Positions 39,699-49,543 of a DNA stretch of 64,000 nt are shown here, in pieces (the stretch's first letter is position 1; every line of letters starts with the position of its first letter). Position numbers and translations under genes: made by a program. Under the pieces are notes generated by a model that was not told the origin of the DNA, searched no databases, and saw only the letters and a list, made by a program, of their open reading frames with translations. The stretch comes from an uncultured bacterium (GTDB lineage: Bacteria > Verrucomicrobiota > Verrucomicrobiia > Verrucomicrobiales > DEV007). The stretch lies in the NCBI GenBank assembly GCA_963977015.1, contig CAXBMO010000008.1:1-64000 (forward strand), read 5' to 3'.

Positions 39699-40301
39699 AT
39701 GAAACCCCTTTTCCCCGTTGTTCTTCTACTCGCGACGTCCTTGCTTTCCGCAGAACAAATCCCCATCTTCAACGGCGAGGACCTGTCCGGGTGGGAAGCG
39801 CGCGGCAAGGCGGAATGGCGGGTGGAGGATGGCGTCATCGTCGGGGGCCAGGATGGCGACCCCAAGCGAGCTGGGACCCTTCGCACCACGCGGCTTTTCG
39901 CGGATTTTGACTTCGAATGCGAGTTCATGATCGATGAGCACGGGAAGTACAACAGCGGCATCTATCTGCGCGATGTTCCCGGTGCGAAAGGGCGGCGTTA
40001 CCAGGTCAACATCGGGCGGGGCGTGGTGGGTGAATACGTCGGTCTCTATCGCGATGACTGGCTCGATACCGGCGATGAAAAAGACAAGATCCGGAAGCCG
40101 AATGCCTGGAATCAACTTCGCATTCGGGCCGAAGGTCCCAGGATCCAGGTTTGGCTCAACCGGCAACCGATCGTGGACTACACCGAAGCCGATCCCCAGG
40201 AAATCGACCTCGCGGCGGGCTCCCTCACCCTGCAAACCTACGGAGCCGAGGGCCACGCCGGTTGGGTCAAGTTCCGGAACCTGCGGCTGACGGAACTCTA
40301 A
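39699..40301 (+). CDS. DUF1080 (3-keto-disaccharide hydrolase) family protein
   Basis: IFNGEDLSGW, NSGIYLR, WNQLRI and VKFRNLRL. Confidence 0.88.
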   Translation: MKPLFPVVLLLATSLLSAEQIPIFNGEDLSGWEARGKAEWRVEDGVIVGGQDGDPKRAGTLRTTRLFADFDFECEFMIDEHGKYNSGIYLRDVPGAKGRRYQVNIGRGVVGEYVGLYRDDWLDTGDEKDKIRKPNAWNQLRIRAEGPRIQVWLNRQPIVDYTEADPQEIDLAAGSLTLQTYGAEGHAGWVKFRNLRLTEL

Positions 40302-40323
40302 TCTCGAGCTTCACCGTGAGGCG

Positions 40324-40788
40324 CTAACGAACCAGTTTGGCACGAAGCGCCTCGGCCTGGTCTTCCGGGTAGGAACCCAGCAGTGGGTCAATCGTGAACC
40401 CGCCGTGAATCCGTTCGCCGCGCAGGTACATCCAGTCACTGATCTCGTCCCGGCTTAGTTTCCATGGATCGCCGAATTTTACGTTCTTGACGATTCCGGG
40501 ATCATTCCCGATCAGCCCGCTGAATTGCCCCGCACTGTACTCGACGTCGGTAATCCAGAAATGCTCCGTCCCGTTGTCATCCGTGATCGGCGCCTTCACG
40601 GAAAAGGAATCCGCGCTCCGGCTCTTCAGCTCCGTGATGAATTCGTCGACCGTGGATCGCGCCTTCTCCACCGCCGCATCCATTTCCGCCTCATCATAAG
40701 AGTTGACCAGGGTTTCAGGTTTGGAGCTTTCCGGCGAGCAACTCACCATCAAGCTGAGAACGCAGAGGAGAAAAAGGGATTTATGCAT
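40324..40788 (-). CDS. YegJ/DUF2314 family lipoprotein
   Basis: MVSC lipobox, EMDAAVEKAR, EHFWI and ISDWMY...GGFT. Confidence 0.85.
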   Translation of the reverse strand: MHKSLFLLCVLSLMVSCSPESSKPETLVNSYDEAEMDAAVEKARSTVDEFITELKSRSADSFSVKAPITDDNGTEHFWITDVEYSAGQFSGLIGNDPGIVKNVKFGDPWKLSRDEISDWMYLRGERIHGGFTIDPLLGSYPEDQAEALRAKLVR

Positions 40789-40891
40789 CCCGGAATTCAA
40801 TCGGGTTCCTCACCGGTTGACCAGACTTTTTGCGCGCGAAAAACGCAACGTTGCGAATCGAGCGCGATGAGTTGTTGAAACCCAGCTTCCC

Positions 40892-41608
40892 TTATTCCTC
40901 GAGCTGCGCGAAAATCCCGGCTCCGGCCTTGGCGGAGATTCCCTGATTCCTGGCGTAGGCTTTTCCGGCCGCGATGCGATGATCGGCGAAACTTCCGCCG
41001 CGTCGCCAGGATTCGATGACGTCGTGGAGCAGGAAGGCTCCGGGATACATGAGTTGGCGGGTGGTGAGGATGGTGCGGCAGCCGGCGTTGCGAAGCCGGT
41101 CGCCAAAGTAGCGTTCGCTGAGGCAACTGAGAACGATGACGTCGGTTGGACTGCCGGGGTTGGCCCTGGGCGCCGGGAGCTGGAAATCCATGAGTCCGTT
41201 GTGGCCGATGAAGGCGACGAGGTCGTGGGTGCCGCTGGTGCTGGCGGCTTCGAAATCGAGGAGGCATTGTTTCATCTCGGAGCCGCGATAGGCGTCGGCG
41301 GTGATCTTCAGATCGGCGGCGACGTGGTGGAAGGTGAGGCGGCGCAGAATGGTCGGAGTGACGTCCTTCTCCGAGGCGGTTCTTTTCCAGTTCCTGCTGT
41401 TCTGAAAATAGAGGGCGAATCCATCGGAGCAGCCCCAGTAGAGATTGTTGTCCGGGTCGTTGCCATTCCCGATTCGGGCTCCGACAGGAATGATGCCCTG
41501 GGTTTCGTTATCGCAGAGCGCGACGAAGACGCGGATGGATCTGGGCTCGGCATGGACGGTGGCGAGGAAGCCGAAACTGAGAAGGCAGAGCGTGAGGAGC
41601 GCCTTCAT
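40892..41608 (-). CDS. conserved hypothetical secreted protein
   Basis: Signal peptide; VALCDN, NNLYWG and GHNGLMD segments look conserved. Confidence 0.75.
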   Translation of the reverse strand: MKALLTLCLLSFGFLATVHAEPRSIRVFVALCDNETQGIIPVGARIGNGNDPDNNLYWGCSDGFALYFQNSRNWKRTASEKDVTPTILRRLTFHHVAADLKITADAYRGSEMKQCLLDFEAASTSGTHDLVAFIGHNGLMDFQLPAPRANPGSPTDVIVLSCLSERYFGDRLRNAGCRTILTTRQLMYPGAFLLHDVIESWRRGGSFADHRIAAGKAYARNQGISAKAGAGIFAQLEE

Positions 41609-42153
41609 TCGGCGGCGTCGGCTTTGGCCTTGATGGCGTCGGCGATTCTCCGAAAGGTGTTCTTCTCGACCTTCACTTTCTTGGTGTCCTTGTCGACGGT
41701 GAAGACTATGCCGGCCTGGACGTTGTCCTCTTTTTCGATGGGGGAGGGTGGAATGCCGAAGCGGTCGGCGTTGGGATCGGGATCGCGGGAGCCGTCGGTG
41801 TTGGACGAGGCGAGGCGTTCTTCCAGGTCATCGAGGGCGAGTTCGAGGCGGGAGATGGAGGCGACCGGAACGGCGTTGGGCGAGATGGAGGTGGCAACGG
41901 CTTCCCGCGGACGGGGACGGGTTTCGCCCGGTGAGGAGACCGTTGAGGCAGGTTGGTCAGTTTGCGAGGGCGGGCGGGCGTCGGGTTGGTCGTCAGACTG
42001 AACGCGAATCTTGTGAGGTGGATGAATCGTGACCGGCGTCTCGGGAGCGGCTGCGGTTGGCCGGGGGGGATTCCGGAGCTTCGCGGCAAAGAGGAGCACG
42101 ACGACCACGCCGATGGAAAGCAGGAGGAGTAAGCTGGATTTTCGAGGGCTCAC
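41605..42153 (-). CDS. hypothetical membrane-anchored Pro-rich protein
   Basis: N-terminal TM; overlaps the next gene by 4 nt (ATGA). Confidence 0.6.
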   Translation of the reverse strand: MSPRKSSLLLLLSIGVVVVLLFAAKLRNPPRPTAAAPETPVTIHPPHKIRVQSDDQPDARPPSQTDQPASTVSSPGETRPRPREAVATSISPNAVPVASISRLELALDDLEERLASSNTDGSRDPDPNADRFGIPPSPIEKEDNVQAGIVFTVDKDTKKVKVEKNTFRRIADAIKAKADAAE

Positions 42154-42192
42154 GATGGAATTCGACGAAAGTATCGCGAATTCTGCTCAAAC

Positions 42193-43965
42193 TCAATCCC
42201 CTTGCGAAACGGGCGCCTCAAACCAGGTCGTTTTGCTGTGCTGACGGAGGAGGCGCCAGAACTCAAGAATGGAGGTGGTCTTCGCCCCGTTTTTCACGTT
42301 GGCGGCGCCAATTTCGAAGGCGATGCGCCATTGTCGCGCGAGGTCGCGATAGGCTCGCAAGAGATTGAAGCCGGGTTGATAAATGTGGGTCGCCTCCGCG
42401 CTGACGCCGTTGAGCTCGAGCACCTTGAAATCGCGGCCTTCCTGGAGCGCCTCGATGCTGGGCACGCGCAGGTCGTAGCGGCCAAAGTAGAATCCGTCGA
42501 ATTGCCGGGTGAGGTCGTCGATGGCATCGAGCAATGGTTCGGTGAGGAGATCCCGCGCGTCGGTAAAGAGCGCGCCCCGGCAATGGGTGCCCACTTCGGT
42601 AAGCGTAACGTGCTCGCCGTCGTCCGGAATCCAGTCGATGCGGTCCTCGTGTTTTCGGAGGAAGAACTTGGCCATTCGCATTGCGCGTGGATCGTCGAGG
42701 ATCAGGCGCTCGAGATTGTGCTTACCATTGCCGGTCACGCTGGTCAGTTGCTTGCGGTTGATCGAGAAGATCTCGCCGCGTTCGGCGCCCGGCATGCGCC
42801 AGTAGAACACGCCGAACTCGAGGCCGTCGACGTATTCCTGGGCGATGAGGTCGCCCCGGCAATCGAGGAGAAAGCGTAACGCGGTGAGTTCGCCGCGAAC
42901 GATGCCGACGCCCTGGCCGCGTTCGCCAATGTCCGGTTTCAGGACGATCGGGTAACTCAGGTTCTCGGCTTCCATCCAGGTCGTGAGTTTCTCCAGTCGC
43001 CGGGCCGGTTCCTCGGCGGCGTGAATCAAGGTCCACCGCGCGATGCGGGGTTCCATGGCTTTCTCGCCCGCCAATCCCGTGAGAATCTGGCTTTTGGATT
43101 CGAGCGCCATGCCGCTGTGGGGAATCGCCGGGTTGGCAGCGGTGAAAACCGTCAACCCGCGATGCTTGATCCCGAGCCAGAGGATGTAGAGGACGACCGG
43201 CGGATAGAAGCGCCACATGGGCCAGAACTCCCATTCCGTAAATCGGCGCCATCGGCCGAGAAGCCGGCGCCTGCCTTTGTGGCTCAGCAAGGGGACGATG
43301 AATTCGATCGCCAACCAGGCCACGATGATGGCGCCGATCAGGGCAGGCCAGATGTACTTCTCATAACCGGACATCCATTCCTGCACAGCTTCGCCCCACT
43401 CTTTGGCCAACCAAACGATGACGGGCGTCCAGAGGCCTCCGGCGAGGGCGAGAAAGAGGCTGAACTTCCAAAGGGAATACCGAACCACCCCGGCGGCCAC
43501 GTAGGCTGGGACGCGGGTTCCCGGTAGGAACCGCGATGTGAAGAGGACCCAGCCTCCATGCTCATTGAAGAGGTGTTCGCCGCGTTTCAACCGCTTGGGC
43601 GAAAGCACCAATCGCAGGATCTTGAGTTTGCCGGCGCGTTCTCCGAGAAAGCGTCCGATGAGGTAAAGGCCGATGTCGCCGCCGAGGATGCCAATCCAAC
43701 ACCAGAAGACCGCTGCCGCGAAGGTGATGGTTCCCTCGCTGGCCAGGACTCCGGCAGTGACGCAGGTGAGGTCTTCGCTGGTGAGGGTGGCGAGGGCGAT
43801 GAGCGGACCAACGAGCCAGGGCGAAACCGATTCCACGTTGTCCAGTCCACCGGCGAGTTGGCTACAACCGGATAAGCCGAATGCGCCGAGCAAAAAAACC
43901 AAAGACCAGAGCAGGCGCTTGCTGAAGGGTCGCGGCCTGAGCCTGGCTGAGGAAGGAGGAGTCAT
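42193..43965 (-). CDS. DedA/VTT membrane domain fused to an ATP-grasp ligase domain
   Basis: SEDLTC, GDIGLYLIGR and SRFLPGTR (DedA); IVLKPDIGERGQG, IAQEYV, GRYDLR and VLELNG (ATP-grasp). Confidence 0.85.
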   Translation of the reverse strand: MTPPSSARLRPRPFSKRLLWSLVFLLGAFGLSGCSQLAGGLDNVESVSPWLVGPLIALATLTSEDLTCVTAGVLASEGTITFAAAVFWCWIGILGGDIGLYLIGRFLGERAGKLKILRLVLSPKRLKRGEHLFNEHGGWVLFTSRFLPGTRVPAYVAAGVVRYSLWKFSLFLALAGGLWTPVIVWLAKEWGEAVQEWMSGYEKYIWPALIGAIIVAWLAIEFIVPLLSHKGRRRLLGRWRRFTEWEFWPMWRFYPPVVLYILWLGIKHRGLTVFTAANPAIPHSGMALESKSQILTGLAGEKAMEPRIARWTLIHAAEEPARRLEKLTTWMEAENLSYPIVLKPDIGERGQGVGIVRGELTALRFLLDCRGDLIAQEYVDGLEFGVFYWRMPGAERGEIFSINRKQLTSVTGNGKHNLERLILDDPRAMRMAKFFLRKHEDRIDWIPDDGEHVTLTEVGTHCRGALFTDARDLLTEPLLDAIDDLTRQFDGFYFGRYDLRVPSIEALQEGRDFKVLELNGVSAEATHIYQPGFNLLRAYRDLARQWRIAFEIGAANVKNGAKTTSILEFWRLLRQHSKTTWFEAPVSQGD

Positions 43966-44720
43966 TCGGTTTCGGGATGGCTCCTGTTGAGGATGACGCT
44001 GGTGAGTTCGCTGTTGCCGAGGTGATCCATCGGCAGCGACTCATAGGTAAAGGTGACCGAGTCAGGGCGAACTGAGATTCGGCTGATGCTCCAGGTTTGC
44101 GCGTCCGGACGATTCATTTTGACGGTATGTGCGCTGGGATGCCCATCCTGATCATCGTGATGATAGGCGTTGAGAACCTCGGCAGTGGGATGGGCACGGG
44201 AGAGCATGTCGATGAGAAGGGTTTGACGTTCCGCCACGACTTCTTTTGTCAAAAAGGAGGACGAACATACCGGAATCTCGGGATTGTGGTCGGGGCCCGT
44301 CATTTGAATCCCGTCAAATTGCCAAAGCCACGCGCGAAATCGCGGCTGATGGGAAAACGCCATCAAGGTGAAGGCGCGATAGGTGGAGAGGTTCAGCTGA
44401 TGGAGAGCGTGATCCACTTCCTCCAACGTCGCGCAAGCCGCCAGATCGGTGACCAGGAGTCCTCGACTCCGGAACTTCCCGCGCACCTCCTCCGGCGCCT
44501 CTTTCTCGTAGTAATTGAGGATGGCGACCGTCAAGCCGGCTTGGTTCGCCAGGAGCCAGGTTCCGCCGGCATTGGCATCGGTCGCGGCGACAAAGGAAAG
44601 CCCATTCGAGGCTTCGTGAACCTGAGGGGGAAGGGCCGCGAGGCGAGTCTTGCGCTCATCGCGATTGAAGAAGACTTCGTAGCCTTCTTTCGCAGTATCC
44701 CACCATGTCAGGGTGCACAT
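43962..44720 (-). CDS. NRDE/TANGO2 family Ntn-hydrolase
   Basis: MCT start (Cys2), FNRDE, GGTWL and SRGLLV. Confidence 0.9.
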   Translation of the reverse strand: MCTLTWWDTAKEGYEVFFNRDERKTRLAALPPQVHEASNGLSFVAATDANAGGTWLLANQAGLTVAILNYYEKEAPEEVRGKFRSRGLLVTDLAACATLEEVDHALHQLNLSTYRAFTLMAFSHQPRFRAWLWQFDGIQMTGPDHNPEIPVCSSSFLTKEVVAERQTLLIDMLSRAHPTAEVLNAYHHDDQDGHPSAHTVKMNRPDAQTWSISRISVRPDSVTFTYESLPMDHLGNSELTSVILNRSHPETE

Positions 44721-44821
44721 GGTGTGTTTGTTAGCATCTTTAAGACATCAAGCAAGCTGATCGCGGTTCCCTTGACGGAATTTGGCTTGCAAAGGCTGGG
44801 AAACCTTCATTACATCCTAAC

Positions 44822-45865
44822 ATGGCTGAGTACAAGGTAGCTTGTCCGCAATGTGGGCAATATGTTTCGGGCGACGAGACGTTTTTGGGAATCACCGTGC
44901 AATGTCCAATTTGCTCGACTCAATTTCAATTTCCGGAAAATCTGGCCCCATCGGAACCGGTTTCCCCGCCGGCAGGTCCGCCAGCAGCGGCGGCGGGAGG
45001 GGTTGCGGCAGCGGGGCCGGCGACCGATCCCGGCCAATATTTCAACGTTCCGACGCCATCAGGTCATGCGCCATCGACGGTGGTCGAGAGATCGAGTTCA
45101 CTGGCGACCTGGTCTCTGATTCTTGGGATTTTGGGATTGCTCTCTGTTGGGTGCACGTTTGGCGTTCCGAGCCTGCTTGCGGTCATCTTCGGAATCGTGG
45201 CGTTGGTCAAGATTTCGGGATCAGGTGGAATCCTGGTCGGAAAGGTGAAGGCGATCATCGGGACCGTGCTCGGCCTCGCGTCCCTGGCGATGGGAGTCTC
45301 GTTCCTCCTGATCGCGATCAATGCCGAGCCCATCGTGGAGACCGCTTTCGACAAGGCGGAGAGCAAGATTTCCTCCTCATCCGATGGAGAGATCGGGTTC
45401 GGCAATACCGAGGAAGCCGGGGCGATCGCGACAACGTTTGCGACGCGAATGAAGGCGATCCGCGAATTGGCGATCGACGGCAAAGACTCGACGGTCTCGT
45501 TGAGCGGCAACCAATTCCTCACCTTCTGTCAGCTGAACGAAGATTCTGCGGCGTTTCTCGTTCATGTCCCGGGCTTGCGGAACTACACCGAAGAAGCCAA
45601 GGAGTTCATTGCCGAGGCGGCGTGGAGCGTTGCGCAGGATCTCTTGATGGAGACTTCGTTGCCGGATGGCAGCCAGTTGGGAGTCGGGACGAAGGGCTTT
45701 TTGCTCTACGACCGGATTTTGGTCGGAAGCCACCTGAAGTCCTATCATGAGGACGATTCTGAAAAAACCGGCATCAAATTGGAGAACGGCGAGGAGGAAG
45801 ATCTGGAGTGGTTCTTTCCCCAGCCCGAGCCTGAGGAAGGAGCCGAAAGTAGCAGTCTTGAGTGA
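44822..45865 (+). CDS. membrane protein with N-terminal zinc ribbon and DUF4190-like TM pair
   Basis: CPQC...CPIC; SLATWSLILGILG...AVIFGIVALVKI...G..KAIIG. Confidence 0.75.
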   Translation: MAEYKVACPQCGQYVSGDETFLGITVQCPICSTQFQFPENLAPSEPVSPPAGPPAAAAGGVAAAGPATDPGQYFNVPTPSGHAPSTVVERSSSLATWSLILGILGLLSVGCTFGVPSLLAVIFGIVALVKISGSGGILVGKVKAIIGTVLGLASLAMGVSFLLIAINAEPIVETAFDKAESKISSSSDGEIGFGNTEEAGAIATTFATRMKAIRELAIDGKDSTVSLSGNQFLTFCQLNEDSAAFLVHVPGLRNYTEEAKEFIAEAAWSVAQDLLMETSLPDGSQLGVGTKGFLLYDRILVGSHLKSYHEDDSEKTGIKLENGEEEDLEWFFPQPEPEEGAESSSLE

Positions 45866-46071
45866 GTTTGTAAGCTGTGTGTCAGGACAGGAGTCGAAGT
45901 GGTTGCCGGTAGGCGGATTGGAGAAACCCACTCTGATTCTCGATTAAGGCTCGTACGGAAATTCCCTATCCCGTCTACTCCTAACTACAAGCAGGATATC
46001 TGCAAAACTTCGCAATAGCGCAAGTGAAGCGAATTGAGGACTCTAACTACCCTACCTCCCAAGTCCGATTC

Positions 46072-46494
46072 ATGAAACCCCTCACTCAAGGCCGTCCCCT
46101 TTGCCACGTTCCGATTCGCATTAATCAGGAAGACATCGACAAGATGAATTATTGGCTCAACGAAGCCGGTGTCGCCAATCCTGCGTCTGAAAACGCCATC
46201 TGTTATGCCATTCAGCGCCTGGTGTTGCCGAAAACGAAAGTCCTTCTCAGGCAAAAATCTGGGAAGGTGAGGGTCGCCTTGGGACCAACGTCGATCGAGC
46301 TGCCCAGTGATCTGGCGTCCTGGTATCGGGAGGCGCTCATGGGTGCTGATGTCAGTCCCATTCGTGGATTCTTAACCCTGCCGCGGACACTGCTTTCCAG
46401 CGAGGCACGGAAGTTGGTGGCATCTTCCCAACCGGCAGCCGAACGGACGAAGCCAAAGGCACCGAAGCGTTCTTTGACCGTGGAAGCTGCCTGA
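46072..46494 (+). CDS. hypothetical protein
   Basis: Only plausible ORF in the interval; no recognised motif. Confidence 0.55.
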   Translation: MKPLTQGRPLCHVPIRINQEDIDKMNYWLNEAGVANPASENAICYAIQRLVLPKTKVLLRQKSGKVRVALGPTSIELPSDLASWYREALMGADVSPIRGFLTLPRTLLSSEARKLVASSQPAAERTKPKAPKRSLTVEAA

Positions 46495-46670
46495 ACGCCC
46501 ATTGGCGGGGTGATAGGGTGTTCTGATAAATTTTGTTATCAGCGTAAAATCGTGGAATTCTGGACATTCCCAATTTTAGCGGTTTCGGATCGCAAAAACC
46601 GGCGCAAGATGTCAGTCTTCAAAATTACGCGTTTACTTTTTATTTACTAACATTTAATTTACCTGAACAA

Positions 46671-47231
46671 ATGGCAATCGTCGCAACCAACCTCAAAAAA
46701 GGCCAATGCATCGACTACAAAGGCGAAAAAGGCATCGTCTTGAATCTGGAACACCGCACGCCAGGCAAGGGAAACGCCCTCATCATGGCGACGGTCCGTT
46801 CCTTTACGAGCGGCAAGACCAAGGACATTCGCTTCGCGTCCGGTGACAAGGTGGATCTCGTCAATGCCGACCGCCAGAAGTTGGAGTTCAACTACAACGA
46901 TCAGGAAGGCTATCACTTCATGGATCCGAACACCTATGAAATGGTGACCTTGGATGCGAGCTTGTTGGAAGGAAGCGAGTTGCTCCTCAAGGAAAACCTG
47001 GAATGTGAAGTTCTCTTTCTCGATGAGAACCCGGTCAGTGTGGAATTGCCATCCAACGTTGAACTCAAGGTGATCGAAGCTGCCGAAGGGTTGAAGGGCG
47101 ATACCGCCAACAATCCGACGAAACCGGCAAAGGTGGAAACCGGTCTCGAAATTCAGGTTCCTCTCTTCATCAAGGAAGGGGACATCCTGAAAATCAGCAC
47201 CGAAGACAAGAAATACGTCGGTCGAATCTGA
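46671..47231 (+). CDS. efp: elongation factor P
   Basis: TPGKG loop, KGDTA, KPAKVETG and VPLFIKEG. Confidence 0.97.
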   Translation: MAIVATNLKKGQCIDYKGEKGIVLNLEHRTPGKGNALIMATVRSFTSGKTKDIRFASGDKVDLVNADRQKLEFNYNDQEGYHFMDPNTYEMVTLDASLLEGSELLLKENLECEVLFLDENPVSVELPSNVELKVIEAAEGLKGDTANNPTKPAKVETGLEIQVPLFIKEGDILKISTEDKKYVGRI

Positions 47232-47247
47232 CCGATGCCGAGCTGAG

Positions 47248-48012
47248 ATGCCCCGCCGAAAGCCTGCTGATTCCCAATCCTTGCACGCCTACGTGGATGG
47301 GGCCATCGCCCGGACCCGGCCCGGGCAAATCGAGTTCAATCCTCTGAACCTGCTCCTCGGGATCGTCTTGATCCCTCTGGTTTGGGTCACGCTCTCAACC
47401 GTTTGGCACGCCGTGGCGACGGTCACGGTGCAGCATTCCTTTTGGAAGACGCCCCAGTTCTGGTTCTTCCACATGGGGATCGCGCTTTGGACCCTCTTTT
47501 ACATCGGTTTCCGCGGTCCGTTCATGATGTTTGCCTACGTCTTTGGGCATGAATGGACCCACGCTTGTTTTGCGATCCTTTGCGGTGGGAAACTGCTCCG
47601 CAAACCGGTCATCACGCCGAGTGGCGGCGAAGTGGTCACGACGAAGAACAACCTGATCATCTCGCTATCGCCCTACTTTGTTCCCTTTTACTCCGTGTTG
47701 TTGGGAATCCTTTACCTGGTGTTGGGCGCGTTCTTCGAGCTTGGGACGGACTTTGAGCGATGGTTTTATGGATTGACCGGATTCAGCTGGGGTTTCCACA
47801 TCACCTTTACGTTTTGGATGCTGGTGCGCAGTCAGCCCGATCTTCATTACAACGGTCGATTCTTCTCCCTCACCTTCATTGCCCTCGTCAACGTCTTGAT
47901 TCTCGCGGCGCTATTCGTCATGGCATCTCCCACGGTAGGCTGGTTGGAATTCGGGCAGGTCTGGTGGGCCACGGTTCAGGATCTGGGGGCTCGCCTTTGG
48001 GTGTTTCGTTAG
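47248..48012 (+). CDS. membrane protein with HExxH (M50-like metalloprotease)
   Basis: YVFGHEWTHA, ISLSPYFVP and QPDL; multiple TMs. Confidence 0.75.
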   Translation: MPRRKPADSQSLHAYVDGAIARTRPGQIEFNPLNLLLGIVLIPLVWVTLSTVWHAVATVTVQHSFWKTPQFWFFHMGIALWTLFYIGFRGPFMMFAYVFGHEWTHACFAILCGGKLLRKPVITPSGGEVVTTKNNLIISLSPYFVPFYSVLLGILYLVLGAFFELGTDFERWFYGLTGFSWGFHITFTFWMLVRSQPDLHYNGRFFSLTFIALVNVLILAALFVMASPTVGWLEFGQVWWATVQDLGARLWVFR

Positions 48013-48085
48013 TCGATTCGGTTCGACTTTCAGTTGCGCACGGCGTGCACTGGGTAAGGCTTGCGCTGACTCTAACATTGTGTTC

Positions 48086-49507
48086 ATGCCTGTTCTTGCC
48101 CAGTCCACTTCGCCAGACGCATCGCCTACCGTGGCGCCGGAAACCACGGAGCCCTTGCTTCCGCCGGTCATCGAGTCGCTTCACGAACTCAAAGGCGTTC
48201 CCGGGAACATTGCGGACAAGCTGTGTGACCTCGGCTTCACGGAAAGCGTGATCGATCCACTGACCCGGGCGATTCTGGTCATCGGAATCGCGCTCGTTGC
48301 ATTGGCGGTCCACTTCGCCGCCCGCACCACCCTGACGCGGGGGTTCGTCTGGCTCATCAAGAAGTCCGAAATCACCTGGGACGACGCCTTTGTCCGAAGC
48401 CGCGCCCTGAAATGGCTCGCGCATCTGTTGCCGGCGCTGGTCGTGCTGATCCTGGGACAGATCCTCCTCACCGATCCGTTTCCCCAACTCGCTGCCTTCG
48501 TGCAATCCGCCGCCAAGCTCTACCTGATCGTGGTCGGCGTGCTCGTGATCAATGCGTTTCTGAACGGTCTCGGCTTGATCACGCGAAAGTCCAAAGTGGG
48601 GGACGACATCCCGCTGGATAGCCTCGTCCAGGTGTCGAAACTGTTGTTGTTCGTCACCGCGATTCTCGTCACCGTCGCGACCCTCACCGGGCGCGACATT
48701 CTCAAGATCCTCGCCGGAATGGGCGCGTTCGCCGCCGTCTTGATGCTCGTCTTCAAGGATGCCATTCTCGGGCTGGTCGCAGGGATTCAACTCGCCGCCA
48801 ACCGGATGATCCGCCCGGGCGATTGGATCGAGATGCCGAAGCATGGCGCCGATGGAAACGTCATCGCGGTGGGTCTCACCACCGTTAAAGTTCAAAACTG
48901 GGACAAGACCATTACGACGCTTCCGACCTATTCGCTGATCAGCGATTCCTTCAAGAACTGGCGCGGGATGGATGAATCGCGCGGACGGCGGATCAAGCGT
49001 TCGCTCTTCATCGACATGAACACGGTGAAACTCTGCAGTGAACCCATGTTGGAGCGCCTATCCCGCATCGAATACATCGAGGATTACATGGAGGAGAAGA
49101 ACCAGGAAATCGCGGAGTGGAACAAGACTCACGTGGTCGATCCTGACGATGTGGTGAATTCGCGGCGGCTTACGAATCTGGGAACGTTTCGTGCCTACAT
49201 CCTCGCCTACCTCAAGAATCACCCGGTCATCAATCAGGAGATGACGCTCTTGGTTCGTCAACTCGCGCCCGGCGAACATGGGTTGCCGATTGAAATCTAT
49301 TGTTTCAGCTCCGACAAACGCTGGGTGAACTACGAGGATGTTCAGAGCGATATCTTCGATCACCTCATCGCGATCGCCCCGGAATTCGATCTGCGGATTT
49401 TCCAGACCCCGAGCGGCGCGGATCTCCGGCAGCTGACGAATAACGTCCTGCCGACGACTCCGAAGCGAAAGGCCACGAAAAAGGCGGCGCGAACAACGGC
49501 CAAGTAA
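48086..49507 (+). CDS. MscS-family mechanosensitive channel (YbdG-like)
   Basis: FKDAILGLVAGIQL, GDWIEMP, VQNWDKTITT and SFKNWRGM...GRRIKRS. Confidence 0.93.
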   Translation: MPVLAQSTSPDASPTVAPETTEPLLPPVIESLHELKGVPGNIADKLCDLGFTESVIDPLTRAILVIGIALVALAVHFAARTTLTRGFVWLIKKSEITWDDAFVRSRALKWLAHLLPALVVLILGQILLTDPFPQLAAFVQSAAKLYLIVVGVLVINAFLNGLGLITRKSKVGDDIPLDSLVQVSKLLLFVTAILVTVATLTGRDILKILAGMGAFAAVLMLVFKDAILGLVAGIQLAANRMIRPGDWIEMPKHGADGNVIAVGLTTVKVQNWDKTITTLPTYSLISDSFKNWRGMDESRGRRIKRSLFIDMNTVKLCSEPMLERLSRIEYIEDYMEEKNQEIAEWNKTHVVDPDDVVNSRRLTNLGTFRAYILAYLKNHPVINQEMTLLVRQLAPGEHGLPIEIYCFSSDKRWVNYEDVQSDIFDHLIAIAPEFDLRIFQTPSGADLRQLTNNVLPTTPKRKATKKAARTTAK

Positions 49508-49543
49508 GCTTGCGTTTGAAACCGGTGTTGCTTGAGTCTTGGG

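Noticed and set aside
38568-40800. A complete CBASS operon around the STING-domain gene
   Set aside because: Neighbours are DUF1080, YegJ-like and GlsB-like genes; no nucleotidyltransferase motif is recognisable.
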